Of a stretch of 64,000 bases of DNA, positions 1 through 9,484 are shown piece by piece; the first letter of the stretch is position 1; each line of letters begins with the position of its first letter. Made by a program: the position numbers and the translations under genes. The stretch spans positions 39,999 to 103,998 of IMG/VR virus record IMGVR_UViG_3300035039_000082; one strand, given 5' to 3'. This DNA comes from a virus. The notes beneath the pieces are model-generated. The model ran no database searches. It was not told the origin of the DNA and saw only the letters and a program-made list of their open reading frames with translations.

Positions 1-4
1 AAGT

Positions 5-1409
5 ATGGTTGGAGTATCTTCTTTATTTACATCAATGTTTAATTATACATTGCAAGAAAAAAATCTTGGAATGAGATGGGGATTATTGCAAGATAGCAAT
101 AATTCTATTTCTGAACAAGATATTCAAGAGATAGAACGTCCAAAAGAAAAAAGTATTAAATGGAACGTAAAAAAAATAGATGAACGTATATTTCGCAAGA
201 TTTTATCTAGATTTGTTGGGGCATATGTTAAAGAAGGTCTTGGAAAAATATTAACGATTCAGGACGGTATTCTTGTAGATTTGGATGCTTCTTTGCCACC
301 TTGGGAAAAAATATATATTAGAAGAAATTCTGAAGTATTTTGGGGAAATATTGGTGAATATGAATATGTTCTAGGTGATGAAACATTAACTTGGGATAAT
401 GATAACGTAACTTGTTGGCGAAAAGTTAAAGCTAAAACTGTTCATCCTTGGAAAAATAAACTTGTTAAAATAACAACAGAAACTGGAAAGACAGTAACAG
501 TAACTTCAAATCATAGTATTTTTGGTATTAAAAAAGGTATTAAAACTAATAAAATTGATTTATTACACGCTATTGATTTAGAAGTTGGTGATTATGTAAC
601 AGGATTTAAATATTTTGATCCTAATGGTATTAAACAAAGTACTAACCCAGAATTGATTGGTTTTTGGTTAAGTGATGGATGGTGTACTAAAGGGAAATTA
701 TCAAAATATATAGCTAAACAAGATAAAGAATTATTAGAATTATTTGTCCCAGATATATCGAACATTCGAATTAAAAAACAACAGAGTATTAAATATAAAC
801 AAGAATGGGTTGGAACTATTATTGATCCGATTAAGTCAGAATTAAATCCTTTTATAAATCATACTCAAAGTAAAAATTTTTTAGAAATTTTAAAATATGA
901 TTTAAAAAATCGTAAAGCTATTTGGGAAGGTATGATGTTTGCTGATGGAACAATAAAAGGATTGAAATCAGATGATGTAAAAACTCCAACAGAAAGACTT
1001 TGTAAATATCGGCCGATGGAAAGAGATGAATGCTTTGTCATTGCCCATACTATTGGATGGAGTCCAAGAAATGAAACTAATGGAATTGCAAATGCACCAA
1101 TACAATCGAATAAATCTCAAAAATATGGCCCATCATTAGTTTGTCCTGAAATATTTAAAAGTGTTAAAGGAGCATGTTCTATATTATCTAAAAATAATAT
1201 GTCTCCACGATATAGACATCCTATTTGGAAAATTAAAAAATTGTTGCCCCATGTTAATAAAATATATACAGATTATATGGGATTGGAAAAAATTAAAAAG
1301 ATTGAAGTTATTGAATATGACGGAAATGTTTATGACCTTTCAGTAGAAGAAACAGAAAGATTTTTTGCAGGAACTGGAATTGGCGTTCACAATACAGCAC
1401 TTTATCCAT
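5..1409 (+). CDS. polB: Family B DNA polymerase, exon 1 (5' truncated by window edge; contains intein)
   Basis: GAYV motif, then motif A split as VDLDA|intein|TALYP; exon ends at ccaT(1409) before a group I intron. Confidence 0.9.
290..1393 (+). mobile_element. Intein (368 aa) with LAGLIDADG endonuclease domain in PolB motif A
   Basis: N-terminal SLPPWEK, block B VTSNHS, LAGLIDADG-like LIGFWLSDG and EGMMFADG, C-terminal GIGVHN followed by Thr; removal restores DLDATALYP. Confidence 0.92.
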
Positions 1410-2086
1410 GTTCAGTAGATTGTGGCTATATTCAGTAATGATTATAGAAAACTTCATTAATTGCTGGAAAATCCTTAGAGTCTATTATACTACAACGTAA
1501 TTTGAAAAAGTAAGTGTGAAAGTTTAAAAAATAATAGAATTGGACAATCAGCAGCCGAGATTCTAAGTTATAAATTTAATTTTTATAATATGAATAAGGT
1601 TCAACGACTATCCCATTTGGGAGTAGAAATAAAGTTATTTCGAAATATGAAGTAACCTTTTTGAAAATATAAAAGGAATAAAAAATGGTTATAAATAAAC
1701 AATATCAAAAAAGTATTAAATCTCATGGACTTGTACTTGCTAAAATAAAAAAGCATAAATATTCAAAAGAACAAATTATTAATGTTTTTAAAATGTTGCA
1801 AAAAAATATTGAAGTGCAAGAAATTGCCGCTCAAAATAATATGTCTAATAGAAGAATTAAAAAACTTAGATATATTTTAAAACATGCGGATAGTAGTGAA
1901 ATTGGATTACTTTTGACATGTAAATTTCTCATCAGTTCAGTTGAAAGAATGATTAAACAAAGAGTTAAATTAGATAAGAAATTGAAAAAACAAAAAGGTT
2001 AATGATATAGTCTAGTCTTTATAGAAATATAAAGCTGTTATGTAAAAACAGAAATAAGAGTAACGATCTTATTTGAATATCTAACG
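1410..2086 (+). mobile_element. Group I intron 1 (in polB)
   Basis: P ttgctggaaa (1461), Q aatcagcagcc (1546), R tcaacgacta (1601), S gatatagtct (2004); exon ccat pairs with IGS gtgg via U.G; ends in G; splicing gives LYP-S-MMMQNNIS. Confidence 0.93.
1685..2002 (+). CDS. Intron-encoded basic protein, HTH-like, no recognisable nuclease motif
   Basis: ORF with RBS aaagga between intron R and S elements; IEVQEIAAQNNMSNRRIKKL resembles an HTH. Confidence 0.6.
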   Translation: MVINKQYQKSIKSHGLVLAKIKKHKYSKEQIINVFKMLQKNIEVQEIAAQNNMSNRRIKKLRYILKHADSSEIGLLLTCKFLISSVERMIKQRVKLDKKLKKQKG

Positions 2087-2946
2087 CAATGATGATGCAA
2101 AATAACATATCTTTTGATTCATATTATGGTAGAGTTTTAGATCCAGAATGTTATATCTTTATTAATATGCTTAATTCAATATTAGGTACTAATGAAGAAA
2201 TTAATCCTGGATTAAAAACATCTGTTATGATTGAAATTAAAAAGTTTGTTAAAAGATTAGCTCCACAGAATATGAATGATTATAATCAATATGTATATTA
2301 TATGTTTATGTATTTATTAAATAAATTAAAACAGATTAATATACCATTGAAAACAATATTTGAAGGTAATAGTCATAAATTACAATTAATTTTAAAATCT
2401 TATTTGGTACCATTATTAGATTTAATGGTTGAAATTAAAAAGATTCCAGAATATCATACATTTGCATATGAATATTTATTAAATAATAATATTGAAACCA
2501 ATAAATCTGTATTTATATTAGAAAATGAAAATGAATATAACAGTAGAATAATCAATATTCCTACAGTAAATTTTAAAAAATATTTAACAGATAATAATAT
2601 TTCTTTTAATTTATCTGGTGCATTATTTTATACGCATGAACATAAATTTGGTATTTTGAATAATTTTTTAACAGATCGATTAGGATTAAGAAAATCTTAT
2701 AAAACTAAACGTGATACATATACAGTCGGATCAAGTGATTATCAATTTTATGATCGAAGACAATTAGCTATGAAAATTAATGCTAATAGTTCTTATGGAT
2801 TAACAGGTATGTCTAATTTCTTATTTTCAAATAGGCAATTAGCTATGTCTACTACTCTGTCTGGTAGATTATGTTTAAAAATATCACAAGCATGTGGTGA
2901 ATTATATTTAAAACAGTTAGAAGAAAAATACAAGGAGCATGCATGA
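2087..2946 (+). CDS. polB: Family B DNA polymerase, exon 2 (motif B; no motif C)
   Basis: QLAMKINANSSYG (KxxxNSxYG) and TLSGR; ends without YGDTDS. Confidence 0.9.
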
Positions 2947-3707
2947 CTAATAATTTAGGAATGCCTGATTTTGAAGCGACACTTCAGACAGGAAATTTGC
3001 CGCTTCAAAAAAAAGAATTAGAAAACTCTAATCAATCTGAAGATTTAGATTTTGAAATTGTAGAACCTGATTTTATTAAAGATATGGCAATTAATGGTAA
3101 TAATCAAAATTCTTTTGATGAAAATCCACCAAATATAAATGTACCAACACCATCAAATGAAAGTGAAATTAGTAAGAATCAATATTATAATTTAAATAAA
3201 ACTAAAAATTATCATATAATTGATATGTTTTGGTTAAATTATGAAGGTGATGAAACAATTAATGATAACCCAAATTTAGTTGAGTTTGTTATTATTTCAT
3301 ATAATTTAGATTTTGGTAATTTAAGAATTACTTTTCATCAAATTCCAGATAATGCAATTAATAATAATGTAGTATTTAATCAATCTTTAAAATTATTAGT
3401 TGCTGGAACAATTTATCCATCTTCAGCTTTTAAAGCTATTCATACAAAAAAACCATTTACTTGTATTGAACAATTAATTATTAGAAGCGGCGAAAAATGG
3501 GAAAAAGAAAGACCAATCACAGCTATTCAAAATACAAGTGAAGATGAAAATAATTTATCTTTTACTATTGCAATTACAAATGTTATAGATGATCAACAAT
3601 TTATTTATGAATTTAAAGATTGGCAAGCTAAAGCTTTATATTCTTGTTTAGAACATACTTATAAACAAGGATTATTAATGCGTGGTCAGGTAAGTAGTAT
3701 GAGCTAA
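2943..3707 (+). CDS. Hypothetical protein
   Basis: 254-aa ORF, ATGA overlap with polB stop. Confidence 0.7.
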   Translation: MTNNLGMPDFEATLQTGNLPLQKKELENSNQSEDLDFEIVEPDFIKDMAINGNNQNSFDENPPNINVPTPSNESEISKNQYYNLNKTKNYHIIDMFWLNYEGDETINDNPNLVEFVIISYNLDFGNLRITFHQIPDNAINNNVVFNQSLKLLVAGTIYPSSAFKAIHTKKPFTCIEQLIIRSGEKWEKERPITAIQNTSEDENNLSFTIAITNVIDDQQFIYEFKDWQAKALYSCLEHTYKQGLLMRGQVSSMS

Positions 3708-3711
3708 AATT

Positions 3712-3942
3712 ATGTTTAATTGTAATGAATTATTCAAAAAACAATTTAAAATTAATGAAAGTATTTATTTATTAAGAATTTATAAATACGATCATACTAA
3801 AAAACCATATATATCATTAGTTTGTAGATTTGGAAATACGTTCATTTCAAATAATTTAAATGCAATATTATATTTTATTAAAGATAGCGAATTTGATGAT
3901 AAATATATAATTGAACAAGCTATATTTGCATATATGTCATGA
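3712..3942 (+). CDS. Small protein, IEQAIFxY C-terminal family
   Basis: Ends IIEQAIFAYMS. Confidence 0.65.
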   Translation: MFNCNELFKKQFKINESIYLLRIYKYDHTKKPYISLVCRFGNTFISNNLNAILYFIKDSEFDDKYIIEQAIFAYMS

Positions 3943-4190
3943 TTCAGCATGTATTATTTCGTCATGATTTTGAAATTAATAATCAATGGTATGTATTTAG
4001 TATAGTTGAAATTAATAAATTTCGTGCGTATGGTCTTGGATCATTATGGAATAATAAATTTATAAATTTTAGGCTAAGAAAACCAGATGATCGTTCAGAT
4101 ATTCAATCTATATTAAAAATTGTTAAATCTTGTGATGGTAAAAATGATAGACAAATAATCGAACAAGCTATATTTGAATATTTAATATAG
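3939..4190 (+). CDS. Small protein, IEQAIFxY C-terminal family
   Basis: Ends IIEQAIFEYLI; ATGA overlap with previous ORF. Confidence 0.65.
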   Translation: MIQHVLFRHDFEINNQWYVFSIVEINKFRAYGLGSLWNNKFINFRLRKPDDRSDIQSILKIVKSCDGKNDRQIIEQAIFEYLI

Positions 4191-4223
4191 TTTGTTCGAT
4201 TATTATAATTTGGAGAAAATTAA

Positions 4224-4628
4224 ATGAGTTTAGATGAACTAAAAAATAAAATTTTAATAACTTCGACACCAAATAGTAAAAATGATTATGTTGATAATTA
4301 TATTGGTGATTTATCGATCACTCCAGATGGTAGTTTATCTGTTTATGATGGAAATTCATATATCGATGCTAATATTACTGCGTATAATTGGCAAAATGAT
4401 CTTATTGATATAAGTCAAATATACTTTCAAGATAGAATTAAAGATTTGTATATATTTTGTATATATAAACAAGATAATATTTTTAAAATAGGTTTATTTG
4501 AAATGCGTGATGATAATGACCAAATATTAAAAACAAATAATTTAAATGAAATAGTTGAAATTTTAAAAAGTGATCTTTCTGATGAAGAATTTCGTGAATA
4601 TGAAAGAAGAATCTTTGAGTATTTTTAA
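4224..4628 (+). CDS. Small protein, IEQAIFxY C-terminal family
   Basis: RBS ggag; ends EYERRIFEYF. Confidence 0.65.
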   Translation: MSLDELKNKILITSTPNSKNDYVDNYIGDLSITPDGSLSVYDGNSYIDANITAYNWQNDLIDISQIYFQDRIKDLYIFCIYKQDNIFKIGLFEMRDDNDQILKTNNLNEIVEILKSDLSDEEFREYERRIFEYF

Positions 4629-4630
4629 AA

Positions 4631-4927
4631 ATGAATTCTTTAAAAGTTTTAGCAATGAATTCTTTAAAAGAAAATTCTTTAAAAGTTTTAATAGTGAATT
4701 CTTTAAAAGAATATGAATTTCAAATAAATAATATTTTATTTGAATACAGTATAATAAACTTTCAAGATGATCTTACAGCTTGGTGTACAAGTAGCGATTC
4801 AGATATTAATATTATTATGCCATATTTTCAAACATCTAATATAATTATAAATTATTTAAAAGAATTAGGAATTGATGAAAAAGATTTAATTGAAATTGAA
4901 AAAATGACTTTTGAATATTTGACTTAA
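4631..4927 (+). CDS. Small protein, IEQAIFxY C-terminal family, with N-terminal NSLK repeats
   Basis: Ends EIEKMTFEYLT; repeated aattctttaaaag units near the start. Confidence 0.6.
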   Translation: MNSLKVLAMNSLKENSLKVLIVNSLKEYEFQINNILFEYSIINFQDDLTAWCTSSDSDINIIMPYFQTSNIIINYLKELGIDEKDLIEIEKMTFEYLT

Positions 4928-4943
4928 TAAGGATAAATATATT

Positions 4944-5232
4944 TTGATTGATAAATTGCCTTTAAATTATAATCATATTGATTATAAAGAAAGAAAATTA
5001 GTAAGAGAAGAATATATTAGATTACAACATTATACATGTTATTATTGTGGTGAATTTCTTTTTAATGACCCACCAGATAATATTTTAAATAAAAAAAATA
5101 ATTAAATCATTATTTCCAAAGAATTTTTTCGATCATTCTATTCATTTACATCATAATCATAATACAGGGATGACTATTGGAGCAGTACATTCTTATTGCA
5201 ATGCGGTTTTATGGCAATATGATGGAGAATAA
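4944..5232 (+). pseudogene. Endonuclease VII-like small HNH protein, frameshifted in an A8 run
   Basis: Frame 1 ...CYYCGE... stops at 5105; +1 frame continues FPKNFF...HLHHNHNTGMTIGAVHSYCNAVLWQY; removing one A at 5091-5098 fuses them. Confidence 0.75.
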
Positions 5233-5237
5233 TATTT

Positions 5238-5537
5238 ATGAAAAAAAGTTATGAGACATATATTAATAAAGATCAATTATTATTAGAAAGATATAATCAA
5301 CAAATACGTTATATGGATAATTTACTAACAAGTATTATTTATCAAAAAAGATTTAAGTTATTTATATTCCGTATTGTTGAAGATAAAGAAACAAAAGAAA
5401 AAATATTTTCAATTCATCATATTAAATCCGGTGCATTAATAACAAATAATAAAAAAAGAATTTTTGATTTTTTATCTGATTTGCCAGATAAGAATGAAGT
5501 TTTTGAAATAGAAAAAGAGATTGCACAACATGTATAA
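5238..5537 (+). CDS. Hypothetical protein, weak member of the IEQAIFxY family
   Basis: Ends EIEKEIAQHV. Confidence 0.55.
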   Translation: MKKSYETYINKDQLLLERYNQQIRYMDNLLTSIIYQKRFKLFIFRIVEDKETKEKIFSIHHIKSGALITNNKKRIFDFLSDLPDKNEVFEIEKEIAQHV

Positions 5538-6069
5538 AGAATTATACCATGGGACAAATTCACATTTTGATAAATTTGATCCATTGTATCTTAATACAGA
5601 AAATTCTATAGATCAATATGGATCTGGATTTTATTTCTATGATTGTATTGCACCAACAATTAGACATGGTGGTAATGTAGTATTTGCAAAATGTCATATT
5701 GAAAAAATATTAGATATTGATGAATCTTATAAACATAAATTAACAAAAGATCAAATTGAAATTTTAATATTACAATCTCCAGAATTAGATTTATGTTTAA
5801 CAAATTTTGGAGATATTGAATTTGAATCATATAATAAAGTATTAAATCGAGCGATAGATCTTTATTTAGATATGGATATAGTTCATACTTTAAATGTAAT
5901 TGGAAATGATTTTTTTAAAGATAAAAATGTATCTGTATTATTGAATAAATTTATTGAAATTACAGGGTTTAATTGTTTTCAAAAGAAATTTATAGAATTT
6001 TCAATATGGGTAATTTTAAATAATAATGATATTGAAATAATAAAAATAGTACCATTTAATGAATTATAA
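5530..6069 (+). CDS. ADP-ribosyltransferase-fold protein (ART-PolyVal-like)
   Basis: LYHGT..F..F...GSGFYF pattern; ATG at 5530 preferred. Confidence 0.6.
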   Translation: MYKELYHGTNSHFDKFDPLYLNTENSIDQYGSGFYFYDCIAPTIRHGGNVVFAKCHIEKILDIDESYKHKLTKDQIEILILQSPELDLCLTNFGDIEFESYNKVLNRAIDLYLDMDIVHTLNVIGNDFFKDKNVSVLLNKFIEITGFNCFQKKFIEFSIWVILNNNDIEIIKIVPFNEL

Positions 6070-6091
6070 AATTAAAAAAAAGGAAAAATTT

Positions 6092-6895
6092 ATGAGCGAT
6101 ACCTGTGAATTGCCAGATATTCAAAATTCAAAACCTAAACATAATATTCCTATTAAAAGAGTTGGAATAAGAAATTTTAAAATGCCAATTTATATCGATG
6201 AGCAATCTGGTGGAAACCAACATACAGTTGCAGATATAGATGTCTTTGTGGATTTAGATGCAATTAATAAAGGTATAAATATGAGTCGATTACCAATTGG
6301 TATTCAATTATATAAAGACAAAAAATTAAACTCTACAGTAATTCATAGTATAGCTAAATTTATTTGTGAATTATCTGAAGCACAAAGATGTGAAATTATT
6401 TATAGATTTCCATATTTTTTAAATAAGATATCACCAGTTACTTCAATTAAAGGTATTATATATTATGATATTGAATTTAATTTAATTTATAATAACAATA
6501 ATAATCAGAGTGAATTTTATATTACTGTAAAATCAATGGGGACAAGTCTTTGTCCTTGCTCGAAAGAAATAAGTGAACATCAAGGTGCTCATAATCAAAG
6601 AAGTATAATTGAAGTTAAATGTAAAACTAAAGGTTTTCTTTGGATTGAAGATATTATAGATAGAATTGAAAGTAGTTATAGCTGTCAAATTTATAGTATT
6701 TTAAAACGTCCTGATGAAAAGAAAGTTACAATGGATGCATATAATAATCCAAAATTTGTAGAAGATATTGGAAGAGAATTAACTTTTAAATTAGGTAAGA
6801 TGGAAAATATTGAATCTTATGAAATCAAAGTAAGTAATCAAGAAAGTATTCATCAACACGATGCGTATTGTCATATTAAATCAATAGAGAAATAA
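6092..6895 (+). CDS. folE2: GTP cyclohydrolase IB (FolE2/MptA family)
   Basis: LPDIQ, RVGI, KGINMSR, SLCPCSKEIS, GAHNQRS, LKRPDEK, NPKFVED, ESIHQHDA. Confidence 0.93.
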   Translation: MSDTCELPDIQNSKPKHNIPIKRVGIRNFKMPIYIDEQSGGNQHTVADIDVFVDLDAINKGINMSRLPIGIQLYKDKKLNSTVIHSIAKFICELSEAQRCEIIYRFPYFLNKISPVTSIKGIIYYDIEFNLIYNNNNNQSEFYITVKSMGTSLCPCSKEISEHQGAHNQRSIIEVKCKTKGFLWIEDIIDRIESSYSCQIYSILKRPDEKKVTMDAYNNPKFVEDIGRELTFKLGKMENIESYEIKVSNQESIHQHDAYCHIKSIEK

Positions 6896-6897
6896 TT

Positions 6898-7548
6898 ATG
6901 TTAAAATTACCATTATTTAATACAGGTTATAATTTTAATACTGGTGAAGATTTAAATAAAAGAAATCGAGAGTATCGAGAACTGGAAGATATGTATCATA
7001 TTATTGAAAATGATTTTTATCCAGAAATAATAAGTGAAATTGATACCAGCAAAAATATTGTTATTATTACACCAAATGAATATAATTTTATTAGAAGAAA
7101 TGATTTTGGAAAATTAGATATATTAGCAACTACAGATATTGAATTATCATCTTGTCGTGCAATTAAAGACGGTATGATTAAAATTATTAATTTTATACCA
7201 AAGATTAAATTAATTGTACCAAAAGGAATTGAAGTAACTTTTACAAGCCCAGTAGAAAATAATTATACTGAAAAAATTTATTGTAAAAATGATATTGAAA
7301 CAAGAAAACATTATAAAAGTCGAATTAATGATTTTTTAATTTATACTCGGCTAGATTTAGATCTTTATATAGATTTACATCAAATGAAAAGATATAAACC
7401 TATATTAAAGATTGATTTTGGACAACCATTATTTAGTATTGGGTTTAATCCAATATATTATGTTGGTCATCCAAATGTTGAAAAAATTGAAGATATTTAT
7501 TGGTTAAAAAATGATAATTTAATGCAACAATGTGAAGATGTATTTTAA
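6898..7548 (+). CDS. Hypothetical protein
   Basis: 216-aa ORF, no motif recognised. Confidence 0.65.
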   Translation: MLKLPLFNTGYNFNTGEDLNKRNREYRELEDMYHIIENDFYPEIISEIDTSKNIVIITPNEYNFIRRNDFGKLDILATTDIELSSCRAIKDGMIKIINFIPKIKLIVPKGIEVTFTSPVENNYTEKIYCKNDIETRKHYKSRINDFLIYTRLDLDLYIDLHQMKRYKPILKIDFGQPLFSIGFNPIYYVGHPNVEKIEDIYWLKNDNLMQQCEDVF

Positions 7549-7578
7549 ATTTTGCCGCTTAAAAGGAGAATAAAATAA

Positions 7579-7734
7579 ATGGATATTCAAAAAGCATTAG
7601 AAAAAATTGGAGTGAAAAATAAAAGTAAAGAGAATCAAAAACGCAAATTAGAAGATCAAATTAAAAAGAAGAGAAGAGCAAAAAATAAAGTAGCTAAAAA
7701 ATCTCGTAAGCTAAATTATAAACGTAAGAAATAA
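7579..7734 (+). CDS. Very basic 51-aa protein (not in ORF track)
   Basis: RBS aaggag; MDIQKALEKIGVKNKSKENQKRKLEDQIKKKRRAKNKVAKKSRKLNYKRKK. Confidence 0.6.
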   Translation: MDIQKALEKIGVKNKSKENQKRKLEDQIKKKRRAKNKVAKKSRKLNYKRKK

Positions 7735-7740
7735 TTATTT

Positions 7741-7783
7741 CTCTACATATTATATTTAAAATTAATTAAATATAATATGTAGA
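7741..7783 (+). terminator. Hairpin, probable intrinsic terminator
   Basis: ctctacatattatattt...aaatataatatgtagag followed by a T-rich tract. Confidence 0.55.
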
Positions 7784-7840
7784 GATTTTTTAATTTTCAT
7801 CGATTTCATATATAAATAATATAAATAAGGAGGATTTATT

Positions 7841-8005
7841 ATGATGGACACTGTTGCTCATCAAATAATCCAATTGGTTAATAAGTTTAAATTCGAAAGC
7901 AAACCTAATAATAGGATTATCGAAGATAGACTTTTATTAATTTTAAATGAATATAAAAAAGAATTAAAGAAAGAAATATTAGATGAAATAAGAAAAGAAA
8001 GATAA
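7841..8005 (+). CDS. Small hypothetical protein (54 aa)
   Basis: TATATAAAT motif and RBS aaggagg upstream. Confidence 0.55.
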   Translation: MMDTVAHQIIQLVNKFKFESKPNNRIIEDRLLLILNEYKKELKKEILDEIRKER

Positions 8006-8029
8006 ATTTTTTAAAAGGAGAATAATACT

Positions 8030-8731
8030 TTGTCAAATGATATTGTAATAGGAACAGTTAAAAAATTAAAAACTACAGTTAAATGGTTAATTGCAATTTT
8101 AATTATTTGTATATTAGGAATTGTAATTATAATTACTGAACATCAAAAAAGAAAAACTTATTCTAATAATTCTTTAATAATTAAAAGAGAATATATTCAA
8201 AGATTAGAAACAAAAAATCAAAGTCTTCTTGATAAATTAAAAACATATAAAAAACAAGAAGAAGAAATTAATAAATTAACACAATTTATTATATACCTTC
8301 AACCTAAAATTGATTTTGAAGTTGCAAAAATAGTTTCAGATAAAGTAATCGAACATTCGAATTTTTATGGATTGCCTCCAGCATTAATTATAGCTTTAAT
8401 TCATCGTGAATCTTCATTTAACACATTAGCTGTTAGCTCGGCAAAATGTGTAGGACTGATGCAAATTAATCCAGCAGCACATCCAGATAAAATTGAAAAT
8501 TTTGAATTAGAATATTATGATCTATTTATGATTGACCATAATATTAAATTAGGATGTATGATCCTTCATGAATATTATTTGAGGGATCAAGATATTAAAA
8601 AAGCATTAACTCGATATGTTGGTGGAAAACATGAAACATATGTTTCAGATATTCTTGCAATGTATGCAAATTATCAAATAAATGAATTTGATAAAATTGA
8701 AGAAAAACAAGAAGAAATTAAAGAAAAATAA
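8030..8731 (+). CDS. Lytic transglycosylase (SLT domain) with N-terminal transmembrane helix
   Basis: IHRESSFN, GLMQIN and ALTRYVGG motifs; hydrophobic WLIAILIICILGIVIII. Confidence 0.88.
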   Translation: MSNDIVIGTVKKLKTTVKWLIAILIICILGIVIIITEHQKRKTYSNNSLIIKREYIQRLETKNQSLLDKLKTYKKQEEEINKLTQFIIYLQPKIDFEVAKIVSDKVIEHSNFYGLPPALIIALIHRESSFNTLAVSSAKCVGLMQINPAAHPDKIENFELEYYDLFMIDHNIKLGCMILHEYYLRDQDIKKALTRYVGGKHETYVSDILAMYANYQINEFDKIEEKQEEIKEK

Positions 8732-8790
8732 TTTCCAAGCATAATTAAATTATTTAATATTTAAATATTTAATATATAAATAATTAATAT

Positions 8791-8960
8791 ACTAATTGTT
8801 CATAATCCCTTACCAATTTGAGGGGTTTAATCCTTACCAAATAAAGGAGAAAGTTGATGTTGGAATCTGCTATCCGTGTACCAACCTGTTAATCTGAGTA
8901 ACAATTAGTAACCCTTTTAATAAGGGTGATACAATATCTATTTATATTGTATCACCCTTA
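8791..8960 (+). ncRNA. Candidate structured sRNA with repeated TACCAA motifs
   Basis: Promoter motif at ~8772; outer stem actaattgtt/aacaattagt, inner hairpins, terminal hairpin agggtgatacaata/tattgtatcaccct; no ORF. Confidence 0.55.
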
Positions 8961-9058
8961 TCCAAGGGGATTTTTTGGGAAATATTATTTTTTCATCTTT
9001 TTTATTTTTTAAATTTTCAATTTTAATATATAAATAATTAAAATAAGGAGTTTAGGTT

Positions 9059-9475
9059 TTGTTATTACGAGATTTTGTTAATCCGAGATCATTTTATAAA
9101 GATCGTATTAATGATATTAAATCATTAAAAGTTTTTTTAAGGGATATTTATATATATCAAACTGTACCTGTAATTAAATTTAATTGTAATAATTATGAAA
9201 TTAATATACAATTAATTGGTGAAGAAGTAAATGAAAGAAATAATATCAGAGTAGCATGTACTTGTCCAAGTTTTAATTTTGAATTTGCACATATTTTACA
9301 TGATGATAATTCTTTATTTATGCCAGAAAATTTTCGTAAAGCCATTTCTGCCGCTCCCAAAAAGAAAAATAAATATAACATTGTAACAGGTTGTAAACAT
9401 ACAATAGCTTGTGCAATGGATGTATATAAAAATTTAGATAAAATTCAATTAATAGTTAATAAAAAAAGGAGTTAA
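9059..9475 (+). CDS. SWIM zinc-finger protein
   Basis: ACTCPSF...GCKHTIA. Confidence 0.75.
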   Translation: MLLRDFVNPRSFYKDRINDIKSLKVFLRDIYIYQTVPVIKFNCNNYEINIQLIGEEVNERNNIRVACTCPSFNFEFAHILHDDNSLFMPENFRKAISAAPKKKNKYNIVTGCKHTIACAMDVYKNLDKIQLIVNKKRS

Positions 9476-9484
9476 TTAAAAGTT

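Noticed and set aside
1161-1346. Short plus-strand ORF inside the intein
   Set aside because: Alternate-frame shadow without RBS.
6092-6895. Complete 7-deazaguanine DNA modification system
   Set aside because: Only FolE2 is present in this window.
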